64,000 nt of DNA, taken from contig CM120648.1 in the NCBI GenBank assembly GCA_051362555.1, positions 8,924,587-8,988,586 of the forward strand. The letters are read 5' to 3'. The notes under the pieces are model-generated. The model had not been told where the DNA came from. It worked only from the letters and a program-made list of their open reading frames with translations, and searched no databases. This document shows, in pieces, positions 29,801 to 42,315 of the stretch. Each line of letters starts with the position of its first letter. Position 1 is the first letter of the stretch. The DNA comes from Lingula anatina (Eukaryota; Animalia; Brachiopoda). The translations under genes were made by a program, and so were the position numbers.

Positions 29801-30640
29801 GGCCTGGACCATGTATGACCTCGACTTTGTTGTGATTTCAGGTGTGTATTTACACTGGAGTCAAGTGCGTTGACCCAGTTAAAATTAAATTGAATCAAAA
29901 CCTTCAAACACCTCTGGTACTTTTGTGGGAACCATTTTCAAAGTCATGCACCCGATTTGCGTCAAAGTGAACAAGGACAGATCTTCTGATGACTGAACGC
30001 CCTCCAAAGAAAGTATGTAAAGTTTGGAGCCTTGTTTAGCCAATTGAGGAGTCACTCATGATAAATATTTTTGAATTCTCATATAAAATATTGCTTTAAG
30101 CAGCGTTATGAAAGGCCCTTTGACTCCTGTCAACCGCCCGTCACCTCGGCAATTCAAACTGACATGCTATGTCTAAAGTCACCATTTCCGCCTTTGGGGA
30201 AGTAATAACATGTCCGCCCGTTGCAGACAAATACTTGGTACACATGCTGGGTTGTAGTTTTGTAAGATGATGAAACCTATACATAAAATACACAAACACC
30301 TGGTCTAACAACAGCATGTTGAATTTCCAGTAGTAGGAAGAATGACTCCTTGGGCTGAAAATTAATACTTCTGATTTATATATATATATTATATTTTTGT
30401 CCATTTTTTCTTATTTAACCCTAAATAACTCAACAGATACTAATCTATGTTTAATGGCAATAATAAAAGGTATGCTCGGAGAGGGACAAAAAAACAACCA
30501 CAAATAGATCAGGGCAACCACATTAAGTACGAGAGGCACGCAGCTGAAGGGAGACATCAAAGAGACAAAGGGGATGACATCACATTTTGGCGAGACTCCG
30601 GCTTGTTACCTTGGAAGTTGTGCCAATAAGGTTATTGGTA

Positions 30641-30862
30641 CAGGGTGTTTGAAAAAAATTGTCTACCACTGACATGAAAACAGCCTTGGATCATTTCTTA
30701 TTTACACACCAAATGCATAAGTTTATCAAAGTTAAAGCTTAATGGGGAGAGAGGAATAGAGGAGATTCTACTTCTTAAAAACAATTTTTAAACATTTAAA
30801 TTTAGTATTTGCTTTCAAGAATCCAAAATAACCAAAAAAAAAAAAACTTTTTACACCCCCTG
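30641..30862. mobile_element. Tc1/mariner-like MITE
   Basis: TA-CAGGGTGTTTGAAAAAA...TTTTTACACCCCCTG-TA: TA TSD with CAGGG termini. Confidence 0.6.
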
Positions 30863-31538
30863 TACAAGGCATTTTTCTAAACAAAGTCTGTCAGACAGGC
30901 ACAAGGCTTCATATTAATCTACAATCACAGGCATAATCCCACTTGTACCCTTAAGTAACATATTTAAGGTGATGGAATGACTGCCAATTGAAAACATGAT
31001 CCTCCTAGAACGATGACACAACTTCAACTTGTTACAGCCCCATACAGGTGTATTTTTCATTCCAAGAGCATGTGGTTCATTTCCAGAATCGATTCAATTA
31101 AGCTTGTGCACTGGTTCAATTACTGGTCCAACAAACATACATGTATGAGAAACCAATGGAACTTTCAGGTCCACTTCCATTGTAAATAGATCGACCAAAC
31201 TTATGTCTCCCTATTTCATAATGCTGTCCAATGACGTTTAGTTCACCATAGAACGCAATCTAATCACTTTGATGTCCACCATTATTGGGTATAAGTCATT
31301 GTATGCCAGAAGACTGGCTTTTATTTGTTACGATGAACTTATCCCTGTCAATGACCTTACAGAAATTGTCAGAAAGGTTAAAGACATAAATTAAGGATAA
31401 ACCCAGTTCTCCACTAATCACACGTCTTAAAGATCAACAATTTAGTTGTTTTTTTTTTTTGTTTTTTTTTTTTCATGACAGATGCATGCGTATTGAATTG
31501 GAAATATTTCTGATTTATCAAGAGTGAAAGTAGCCTAA

Positions 31539-31753
31539 GGCTCTATTCCCATAGATTTTAGATCGATCTATCCCCGCGGGGAGTCTCACTAGATTACTTT
31601 CAGATAATCCGACTTAAATGTCCGTCCCGCCTACTACAAGCTATAAGGGGATAATTAACTTTTGTGTCCACCCGGCTGACAGCTATTTGGCGTGAACCCC
31701 CAGGGAGTTAGGTCGATCTAAAGTAGGTCGATCTAATCTATGGAAATGGGGTG
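31539..31753 (+). mobile_element. MITE family A, subtype 2
   Basis: TAA-GGCTCTATTCCCATAG...CTATGGAAATGGGGTG-TAA. Confidence 0.85.
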
Positions 31754-31765
31754 TAAAACAACCTG

Positions 31766-31911
31766 GGCCCCATAACGCAAAAGCATCGCGCACTGCGACC
31801 TAGCACAAGCATCTCGATTCCATAACTGGCCCTTACTCGCCCGAATATGGGGGTTATGGAATCGAGACTTGTGTTCAGTCGCAATGCACAATGCTTTAGA
31901 GTTACAGGGCC
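31766..31911. mobile_element. Harbinger-type MITE with CWG TSD, family E
   Basis: CTG-GGCCCCATAACGCAAAAGCAT...ATGCTTTAGAGTTACAGGGCC-CTG. Palindromic and homologous to 37364-37509. Confidence 0.78.
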
Positions 31912-33059
31912 CTGGTCTCAAAGTTAAATAAACTTTAATTCTGGTATAAACTTCTTTGTATCATTAAACCAGCGACAGAAAACCTGCAGAGATGGGCCAT
32001 ATACTAGTACTAAAGCATGCCATCTCTCCATAAAAAGGGTTTTAAAGTGCATGTCATCAGAAACTATCTTTAGGCAACGTCACTGCTTAGGAGAGTCCTA
32101 AGGCATGGTGGCGTCTATCTCGGATCACAAGGGCAGTGGTACTTAACAAGATTTCATGACACCTTTTATTATAATGCCATTAGTGTACTTAACCAGATTT
32201 CATGATACTGAATACAATGAAACCACTCATCAATTAAAATTGATCTTTTTATCTTGTTTCTCAAGTCAGACCACAATTTGAGTTCAGTTGTAAATGAAGG
32301 TACAAATAACATAGCACCTTGCATCTAACAAAACAAGGGTAGTTATGCCATTTATTAACCATAATGATTTTCCCTCAGTTTTTTTCCCCTTCTCTTTATT
32401 CAATTCACTATGAAGCCTCAACTTTTAATGTACACATGCTATCCGGTGACTATCTCAGTGGACCCCATGTGTACGATTTCTTTCCATAGGCTCCTGTTGA
32501 AATTCTAGGGAATAACAGCATTTGGAGCATTTGCTGGGTTCACAGCAGAGGCACTTAGTCCGTGTGAGAATCACAGGGAAAGTTTGTTTGTTTAACACCA
32601 CTCACTCAGTATGTAGCTTACACACTTGCCTTGGTCAGTATTCTACTGGACGGCTGAGTGATATTAGAACCTGACTGGTGATAAAAAAAGATTTGGTTGT
32701 ATACCTATTGATATAATAATGCAGCATGTTTCTGCTATCTTTCATAATTCTGAAAATATTCCATGTATTAATTCTTTTTTCATCTTTTTATTCCGATTCA
32801 TTTTCAGATAACCTTTCTTAATTTGCACTTTTTCTCTTTTTTATGTCTTTGATCTTTTCATAGCATTTAGTAACATCCAACTCTTTTTTAAAACAAGGCA
32901 GCAAAGCTGTCAAATGTACAGACAAAAAGCAGGAAATAACTATGCACAAAATAGGCTACTGTCAATTCTGATGCAAAAGTACATTATGTTAAACTGCAAA
33001 TTCAACATCAAATTTTAATTATGCTCAACAGGTAATACCAATGTAAGTAAAACATGTAA

Positions 33060-34570
33060 CAAGCATAAGGCTTCAGGCCCATGGGAGTTCAAGTTCACAC
33101 TTTGAAAATGTATAACTTCCAGAAAAAGAAGCCAATTAGACTACTTTTCCAACCCAGGCTGCATTTTAGTCCTGCATTTCTTTTTTGAACATTTGGCAAT
33201 CATAAGTAACATGGTTTTCCCATAATGGTCATCATGGCAGCAGCACCCATAATTGTTTTCTTCTATTCTGATGCAATATTACATATTGGTTAACAGCATA
33301 ATGACCGTCAATTTTTAATAATAAAATATACGTATCATGGATTTTCAGAAAATGTGACTAGCATGGGTCTTCAAGCATGCATGTAGAACTTCAAAGTCAC
33401 ACCTTGAAAATGCCAATATGTGAAATATGCTGAAAAGTGAAAAAAAGCATGACTTCTACAATAATGGCCCGATCATGCTGATTTTCAAACTTGACCTGCA
33501 TTTTATGAATATTCATCAGCTCTGTAAATATAAAGCCCAAAAGTAAAACTGCCTTCCACTTATCGTGTTTACAATGAAAGTGCAAGGCGCAGGTGATGAC
33601 GGTGACGGCGCTGACGGCGAAGACAGGCGCAGGTGATGGCAATATGTACAGACACATTTTTGACACATCTGTACATATTTACTGTACTGTTTGAGAACAG
33701 TAAGTGACATGGTTTTTCTCAAATGGTCATCATGGAAGCAGTGCCCAAAATAGTTTTTTTTTTCAAATTTTGATGCAATATTACATAATGTTTAACAGCA
33801 TAATGACCATCAATTTTTAATAATAAAATATTAGTATCATGGATATTCAGAAAATGTGACTAGCAAAGGTCTTCAGGCCCATGGAACTTCAAAGTCACAA
33901 CTTGAAAATGCCAAAATGTAAACAAGACAACACTGTTCTGAAATGTTTTTTTTCCCATTTTTAACAATTTTTAACATAAAACAAAATTAACAGTTTACTG
34001 CCATTTTTATATGATCAACTAAGAATATTGATGAGATGGGAAAAATATCAATAAAGCAGTGTTAAATGTCCAATTTCTTCCATTCTGAGATTCTGAACAT
34101 AGTGAATGATTGAATCTGACAAACTGCAATGATATGAGTTTATTTCCATTTTTGAAACTTTATTACACAATACATGATAACAAGTTTACCATCATTTTTA
34201 CAAAATCAACTAACAATGTTGTAAAGATGCAGGAAATGTCAAACAAAAACTTTTACGTATCTTATTAGTTTAATAATGAGACTGTTAACATGCCTAAGAA
34301 TTAAATCTGAGGAAATGTGAAAAATATGCTGAAAAGTGAAAAAACAGCATAACTTCTACAATAATGGCCCGATCATGCTGATTTTAGAACTTGACCTGCG
34401 TTTTATGAATATTCACCAGCTCTGTAAATATAAAGCCAAAAAGTAAAACTGCCCTCCACTTATCGTGTTTACAAGGAAAGTGCACGGCATCGGCATCGGC
34501 ATCGGCATCGCCATCGGCGACGACAGACGCAGGTGATGGCAATATGTACAGACACATCTGTGTCTGTACA
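33060..34570. repeat. Tandemly duplicated degenerate interspersed repeat (A-B-A'-C-B')
   Basis: 33210-33420 resembles 33709-33920, and 33420-33670 resembles 34315-34570. Both B segments end in a GC-rich microsatellite followed by CGCAGGTGATGGCAATATGTACAGACACAT. Confidence 0.8.
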
Positions 34571-34840
34571 TAAAAACAAAATAACATATTTTAAGCAAAC
34601 TGCCTGCTGATATCCCTATATTAATGACTAATCATCAATATTTCTCGGTGTGAATTACTGGTTGGATTGATATCAATTACCCAAATAAAGTATACATTAC
34701 ATAATGCCAGAGACAATATATCAACAGCTAACAACATGACTGATCCCCATGAGCATCTTGGAATTAAATCAAAAATTATTATCAAATTCCACAACCACCT
34801 GCTGTAAAAAGGAAATAAACTTGACTGATCGTTTGCCAGC

Positions 34841-34868
34841 GTGTATGTATGTATGTGTGTGTGTGTGT

Positions 34869-34935
<67 letters not shown>

Positions 34936-34950
34936 TGTGTGTGTGTGTGT
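34841..34950. repeat. Compound (GT)n/(GA)n microsatellite
   Basis: Direct reading. Confidence 0.95.
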
Positions 34951-37363
34951 ACGCACACTTCATTATGTATATGTGAGCACTCACTGCGGCCTTATGACAA
35001 AGAACAGTTCAGTCAGTTATAAATAAGAAACGACATCTTTCAATAAAGTTCACACACAATGAACTGAAATTTTCAATTAACAAACATGTCTTTCCAGAAA
35101 TTTAATTCAAGTCACATATCAACCTTTAAATCACAGAACAAAATTACCCTGAGTTTCAGAGCTTACTGTAAACTCATCTTTATTATTAACATATCTCTAC
35201 TGTTATTGGAAATGATAAAATTAATTTCCAGTAATTGCTGACACTAGTGGTGAACAGTATTTGGCAACAACATCACATTAGGCACACTTCAACTGCATTC
35301 TACCTGTGTAAATCCACTCCTATCATCTCTTATGCCTTCTCTACTCAAGGGGGATAAACCACTCACATTCATACCTAGAAATGAATAATATTTTCACAAT
35401 AAGTAGCAAATACCTCTGTCAGTTATGTAACTCTTTCTGCTTAGAACCACTTAGTCATGGGATATCCTTGTGAATGTCCATAATTTTCTGTAATAGTACG
35501 ATATGGGGAATATAGGAAATACTAGATGGAAACACTTGGAGCTTGTGAATGAATAGACAATTCAAATACATTATTTGAGCTGCCATATATGATAGGTGAC
35601 CAACAAATAGGCAAGGCTGATGTAAAATCAATTTAAAAATAAGCAAGGATAAAATTCTATGAAGAGTTGTGGAGAGAGAATATGTAATCGAAACTGGAAA
35701 GATTGTGGACTGTAGCAAAATCAAAGCCAAGAAAATGACACAAACTAGTGAGGATTCACAAGTCATGTATGACTTTATCCACAGAAATAAAAAAAACACC
35801 AGCATTCAGGTCTTAGGTGGCTTTTTAAAGAAACTGGCCTCCATAAACTTACGTATGCATCACTTCTGACAGCATTGAACAAATCAAATGAGCATCTAAC
35901 TTTCAAACAACCTCAACTTCCAAACAACAGCAGAAAATGCAAGATATTTTTTAAGAAATAAGTACTACAGATCTATAACAATCTTAAAGTATCAGTGTCA
36001 TATAAAATTCTAACAATTCGACATTCAAATCAGAGTCTAAGACACCCTGAGTAGCGAGGTGAGGTTCCGGTGTGACCTATGAACATCAGGGTGAAACCTA
36101 CCCTACATTTCCAGACCCTGAACCTTCGATTTCAGAAAGGGGATCTTTTTCTAAAAAGAGGTCAACCCCCCCCCCCCCCCCCCTTGCTCCCTTAATGCAA
36201 TTTGAAAAATGACAAAGATCCTTCCAGGGTATATCAAATTTTGATTCAAAAGACTCAGGCCTTTCAAATATATCCCCCCCCCCCCCCCCTTCATTCGTCC
36301 TAACCTAAAATCTGCCTGTTGAGTGTCATCGCAGATGAATAAGTCAACCTCCAGCTAACAATGCCTGAAATATTCCCAGTCTGATGTTTGTGATGACAAA
36401 TTACCAAGTCCCCCACCTGGTATTACCTGAGGTGGGTTCACTTTTGCGACCATGTAAGGGTGCTCTATTTTGTCCATTAAAGCCCATTTACACTTTTTAA
36501 AATGGATCAATTCAACTGGCTCAAACGAAAAAAAAAATGCAAATGCGTGAGTGTGAGAGAGAGAGAGAGAAAGAGAGAAAGAAGCAAAAGAAAAAAAAGA
36601 GAGAGGAGAGGGAGGAAGGGATCAGAAGCATAGCTTTATAGCCACTCATACAGCAAGTTAAAGTAGCAGACACTTGATTGCAATTAAAGTGGCTGCCTCC
36701 TGAATTAGATCTACTGTAGCTGTTGTAGTAAAAGGGGATGCAAAAGAAGACTTGATGTTCCACAGATCTGAGCATATCACAAGCACTTGATTTTTTTTTC
36801 TTTTTTTGCATCCTTTCAACAAGCCCACAGGTGTGTGTTTACATTAAATGACAACATGTTTACATGCATATCAGAGGTCGTATTTCCAGTCAGGCAATGA
36901 TGGCATAACTTAGGCAGTACCATCTGAGCAGATCATGTGGCTGTAAGTTCCAACCAGAGGAAGACACATCTAGAATGACTTACCTCTATGGCAATGGGAC
37001 AACAACAAAACTAGATAAGTTTAACAATGATTAGACGTAATCACAGTCTGCTGAGACAGCATGTTCTAATTAGTTAAGCTGTAATAACATCACTAGAAAT
37101 TGATCTTAAACAAACTCCCAATACATTATCTGTATAAACCAGACACAAATAAAAATTGTCATTCTTTATCTTGAAATGTACATCCATCTTTACTATATTT
37201 CCTTTTTTTCTAGCCCATAAACTTTTTTTTCTAACTGCTGTTTACATTTACCAGGTGCACATGATTCTGGAAGAAGATAAGAATAATGGAATTTAATGGT
37301 ACTGTACATGAGGAGTCATGTCTGAGTATATATGCAGTTGATTCCCAGTGCAAAGACCACCAG

Positions 37364-37509
37364 AGTTCTGTAACTCGAAAGCATTGCGAATTGCGACAGC
37401 GATATAACCTTTTTCTCAATGCTATTACGTGGGGCGAATAAATGCCGAGTTATGGAATAGAGACACTTGCGCTAGGTCGCAATTTGCGACGCTTTTGAGT
37501 TACAGAGCC
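37364..37509. mobile_element. Harbinger-type MITE with CWG TSD, family E
   Basis: CAG-AGTTCTGTAACTCGAAAGCATTGCGAATTGCGAC...GTCGCAATTTGCGACGCTTTTGAGTTACAGAGCC-CGG. Confidence 0.72.
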
Positions 37510-39114
37510 CGGATCAACCCAAGTATCAAGTTATATTTGAAGACTAATGAAGATGCATATAATTGTCATAAAATCAACATAAAAATAGTGCAGTGGTTCG
37601 TAAGAAACTAGAATCTTTGATGGAAGATTATTATTGTTTCTGCATTCACAGCAAGAGCTGTACTCTGATATATGCATAACTTCATGCCGTATATATTAAC
37701 CTACAGGATAACATGGTTGCATAAGTCAAAGATAAAAACAGCACATTCTTTGTAATTGTTCTTTAACATTCATTTCAGGACAACGGCTTTAGGCAAGTAT
37801 GTAACTTATAACCTGGCAGAGCTGAAACTATTCTGCACAATGTAAAATTTGTTCTTCTTGATGACAATTGCATTCTGGTTACACAACAATACTGATGCGT
37901 TGTAACATTTAACTTGTCAGTTGTTTGCGGAAAAATTCTTTTTAAATTTGCTGTCCTGGCTCTCTTTATAAATTCACTGTCTGCTACTATAGGCAGTCAA
38001 CACACAGTTACAATATAGTCAATGTAGCACAAAGTGTATTATACCAGCTCTACACAGGCACTGCTTGTATACAGCCCTGATAACATCTCCCTCCCTCCCC
38101 CTGCCCTTCTTTTACCCTCCCTCCACTATTCACAATTCTCGTTATCCATCATCAAGAGAACCCAACTCCTGGGTGGCAGTACATTGTAGCAGTTCCCATT
38201 CAGTAACATTAAAGAAAAAAGTTTCCTGTTCATTCTTATAGAATGTGGTGGCTGTGTATTGAAATAAACAGTATAACAGTGGTACATGTATTTAAGTACA
38301 CTGACAAGGGGTTGTGATTTCATTTGCCTGTTTATACAGGCCTATTGGACTTGGGCACTGATGCTGAAATAAAAGGCCCTTACAGGAACAGGCTGCAGCT
38401 TTTAAGGTCCTGTTAATGTCTTTCAGATCTGATTAACTGTTAAAGATGTGTGCCAATGTGTGGTACACAGGTAAATTGTTAATGTCGGGCACATTGTGTC
38501 GATATACCTAGCTGGCATTCCGTCATGTTCACAAACCATGCAGTTCCACGACAACCCATATATAACTCGCTACTTCATCACAATACATAAACAACAGATC
38601 ATATGTATGATATACTAGTAGCTGTATGTGCAATATATTACACAAATGCCAGACTCACTATGTCATTTTTAATTTTTCCCACTAGCTAAAGAAAATTGCC
38701 TCTAATAAACAATTGATGAGTATATATTTAGCAATATTAATGACATTGCACATGGTGGGAGAAGGGTTAATATTTGCAAAGCAATTTTTTTCTTTTATTT
38801 GACTTTAATTGGTATTGGGTGGCTGGTGAGTGGGAACAAGTGGGAATTTATCTTTTAAAGGAAAATATATAACAAAAGGAATATAATTTCACAAGAAAAA
38901 AAAGTTGACGCATCAGCAATGTGTTTTCAAGTTGCTCCACCACTGTACACTGTATATTATCTGTAGTGGTTATGATAATCTATCCCCTGTCAACCCCCCC
39001 CCCCCACACACACACACACACACACACAAAACACCATCCACACAAGCAATCCATTTGGCACCTAGGTCTACTTTTCAATCTCCATTATAATCACACTCTC
39101 ATCCCTTCACCTAC

Positions 39115-39553
39115 CTTTGACAACCGCGTCAGCATGGTCGATGTTATTCAAAGTAATCCGCATGACGCTGGAGTTCAGCTTCAGCTTTCCATGCCCGTTC
39201 TCTGACAGCAGAAATATCCGAGTGTCATATTTGTGAACCATGCTCTCGCAAAGGTCCGGATCCCCAATGCCATCTACCATTACCATCTCGTGCTTTCGAT
39301 CGGCGGCGGGGAATGTTTTGATCATGTTTTGTCCCTTCATCACTCGCTTGATTTCCACCTCCCCCATGTACATTTCAGGGTTGTCGGAATGAGGGAAGAG
39401 TTCTCGCACCGTGCCCGTCATGACAACGTTCGCCTCCTCTTCTCTCTCTTCTAGACTTTTACCTAAGTCTTTACAACGTTTGGACTGTACAACCGAAAGT
39501 GGACTTACTATCAGAAATGATAAACAAAACAACGATAATAGTTCCAACCGCAT
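39115..39553 (-). CDS. AGRN: Agrin, first coding exon: signal peptide + NtA (N-terminal agrin, laminin-binding) domain; ends at a phase-1 splice donor, rest of the gene presumably lies left of the window
   Basis: The translation MRLELLSLFCLSFLIVSPLSVVQS-KRCKDLGKSLEEREEEANVVMTGTV...GIGDPDLCESMV...DTRIFLL...LKLNSSVMRITLNNI matches vertebrate NtA motifs (C..ERREEEANVVLTGTV, GFGDPLICDNQV..GDTRIFF, LMLNSSLMRITL). The N-terminus is hydrophobic and the ATG has A at -3. Donor AAAG|GTAGGT at 39115/39114. A stand-alone NtA gene cannot be excluded from this window alone. Confidence 0.9.
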
Positions 39554-39779
39554 CGTGATGCTGTATGCAGTGCGACTAATTTGTTGTTACCCGCTGGAAT
39601 CCTTCGCGAGGAGGTCTCGCACAGGTGGTTGCACGAGGAATTCCCCGCGAATATTGACTCAAATAAGCTCCACAGTTTAACACCGAATCTCTCTGACTTT
39701 TCTTCTAGCCTTGATCACAGCGTCTACAGCGTCAGATATGTGATCCACAGTGATATATAGCCTGGTTTTCCTCTTGAAA

Positions 39780-39905
39780 TGCAGAGGTCTCTCCCTCTCT
39801 TCTCATTCACTCGCCGGTTGCGGCACAGCTGATTTTAGTGCGTTTCCGGAAGTCGTCGAGGGTTGCCGGAAACATGCGGAAATTCTAGATAACGATTGGC
39901 TGAAA
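39780..39905 (-). promoter_or_regulatory. Putative agrin promoter region
   Basis: CpG-rich stretch ~230-350 bp upstream of the ATG with three ETS-type CGGAA cores (CCGGAAGT 39846-39853, CCGGAA 39866-39871, GCGGAA 39876-39881) and a minus-strand GCCAATC at 39894-39900. The TSS cannot be determined from sequence. Confidence 0.5.
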
Positions 39906-40860
39906 GTTTTGTAATGCAGGTGGTTTGAGTTGACATAGAAAATTATTTACAGGTCTTCTCCTGTTTTTGTTTAGATAGCTGCACACGGACGAAGAGAAAT
40001 GTTATGTATTGGCATTCAGTAGTAGGTTGTTACTTTCATGGCTTTACCTTCCTTTATGTCAGTAATCATTACACTCCACAAATATTCAACGAAATTCTGA
40101 CATTTATAGGTGATAAATGAGATAATTAGAAAAGCAATTAGTTTCACAATAATGTTAGATGCATGATAATATGCAGTTATTTACTCCCCCATGAAAAGTT
40201 CATCTTTCCGAAAGCTATAAAAAGTTGCTTCAGTGTATTTTTCTTCTTTTCGTTTGACCTTCGTTTGTTTGTTATATTTTCTATTATGACTATATGAGTT
40301 TCATCAAAATGTGGTTTCTCTTTACGTAAATAATAAGTCACTGCACCAAGTGTCAAAAAAAAGTTTTCTGAATGTTGATTTCGACAATTGGCCTTGTCGG
40401 GCTAGTTAAAATCTAAATTGTGTTAGTTGTGATCGTCTTTGGTCTTTTTTCAACTATCGCATTCAAAGAAAACCTCCTTAGTAGGGACATTGATAGTGAC
40501 GTTATTTTAACAAATGGCACATAAATATGGTAAATATAACACGCATGCTATTTCACTGGTGGATACAAGATTTGGATACGGGGGTGGGGTTGGATGTGAA
40601 GAACAAAATAAGAACACTTTTGTCTCTCTTTACTCTATAAATATAAGACGTAATCGGGGACTGTTTTACAGATATATACAATGTATACTAGCTAACATAC
40701 TGTAAAATACAAATATGGAAAAGTTGCTACTGTTATCCTCTGCATTCTTCACTCACGCACTTGTGGATTTTTTTTACATTTTATTATTATATTTTTCATG
40801 CTACTAGCACTTTGTCGGCATTGAGCAATGGTCACGAATGAGGTGCTACTGACTGCGCTT

Positions 40861-40993
40861 AAGCCTAGTAAAACGCTTTCAATATTTCACTGAACATCGT
40901 TCAACACTCAGTGAAGGGAAATATTGAGAGCGTTTTAAAACCCTGTTGTGTGAACGATGCTCAGTAAAATATTGAGAGCTTTTTAACTGGGGA
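40861..40993. mobile_element. Small palindromic MITE-like element
   Basis: AAAACGCTTTCAATATTTCACTGAACATCGTTCA is the approximate reverse complement of TGAACGATGCTCAGTAAAATATTGAGAGCTTTT, with a third internal copy. Confidence 0.55.
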
Positions 40994-41299
40994 CGCATGA
41001 ACTGCACATTTACCTATTTGGGGGCCATTTAATACGTGATTTACACGCAAAATCTATTTTCCTAAAAAGAGAAAAAAAGCAAAACCCCAACTTACAATCT
41101 TGGTCTGTCTCTGCACTTGTTTTCCATGTTTATTTCCCTGTTTCTTCTCAAATAACTTAGTTTTGAAAGAGACGATTCTTGGACAGAGCGACACCGACGA
41201 TAACATTTGGCCGAATACTGGAATCATATACAAAAATGCTTTGCGTACATTAAAGACTGGCGTAATCTTTCACCTGGTGGTATAAAAGTTCAGTACATG

Positions 41300-41303
<4 letters not shown>

Positions 41304-41331
<28 letters not shown>

Positions 41332-41373
41332 ATAAAATAAAATAAAATAAAATAAAATAAAATAAAATAAAAT
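41304..41373. repeat. (AAAT)n/(AAAAT)n microsatellite
   Basis: Direct reading. Confidence 0.95.
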
Positions 41374-41567
41374 TGTATATGCTATGATATCGCCGCAAGA
41401 CTCGCGTTTTTCGCGCGAACTATAGTAAGCTGAAATCACGTAAGAGCTGTAGTTTTAATTTAACATTATGATTTTTCTGAATTATTTATTCAGACCGAGA
41501 TATGAGCTGGAGAATAAGCCCTAGCATTTTCAACCCAAACGCTTGTATACCGCGAGGTAGAGTTCTG

Positions 41568-42315
41568 GGCCCCGTATCTCGAAAGCTTCGCTTAAGGCGA
41601 GCGGGCGCAAGCATGGCGATTCCTCGCTATCCCATATCTCGAAAGCTTCGCAAATCGCGACCGTGCGCTAATAACGAAATCACCATTAGTTTTGAGGTTA
41701 TTAATTGCTATCTGATATATGTACAAAGAACGGTGACTTGTAGGCCCATGAGGCCGGGTGATGTAGGCCCTACTCATATCATATGTCACGTTAATAAATA
41801 AATAATATTTGCGGCGATACAAACTAGTCGCAGTGGCCTCTGCGTATGCATAATAAGCCATTTTAATGTGTCTTTCATGTAATTACACGTGGCGGCATGT
41901 TTGGGTTGCTAGTCATAATAGCACATTACAAAACATATAACAAAAACATGGAAGCTTATAATAGAGTGAATCACTCGGTACCTCTTATAGAAAAACTTGC
42001 GGAAAATATCCACGTGATGAATGCTAAAGTCATCTTTTATTATGCACAAAAATTTCAAAATTAAACATTTCATACATCATTTTAAATTTTCTTACGAATA
42101 TAATTCATCTGCGTGGTCTATTGATAATAATCATAAATTTAAAAGTGTCATTTTCCACACAAAATGAAAAAGCAGACTGTCTGCAGAAACAAAGCATTCG
42201 GTCGCACCGTGACCTTCCTCAATGTCTATTATTGTGATCAGTCATGTGTCAGTAATTGTGTCAGTCCAAGCTTCGCTTATTGAATTGTTTTTTTTCTCTT
42301 TCGAGATACGGGGTG
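41568..42315. mobile_element. ~750-bp non-autonomous Harbinger-type element (CWG-type ends)
   Basis: TIR GGCCCCGTATCTCGAAAG / CTTTCGAGATACGGGGTG, flanks CTG/TTG, internal AAGCTTCGC repeats. Confidence 0.6.

Larger units (their letters stand above)
1..39114 (-). other. Large intron (>39 kb) following the NtA exon
   Basis: GT donor at 39114. No Kazal/follistatin-like cysteine-patterned ORF is visible in the ORF track downstream. The region is rich in repeats and microsatellites. Small exons could have been missed. Confidence 0.65.

Noticed and set aside
39704-39754. Upstream minus-strand frame ITVDHISDAVDAVIKAR resembling the NtA end ITLNNIDHADAVVKGR
   Set aside because: Only ~17 codons, it needs a gap, the preceding LNSS motif is absent and part of the match is to intronic bases. 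Probably chance.
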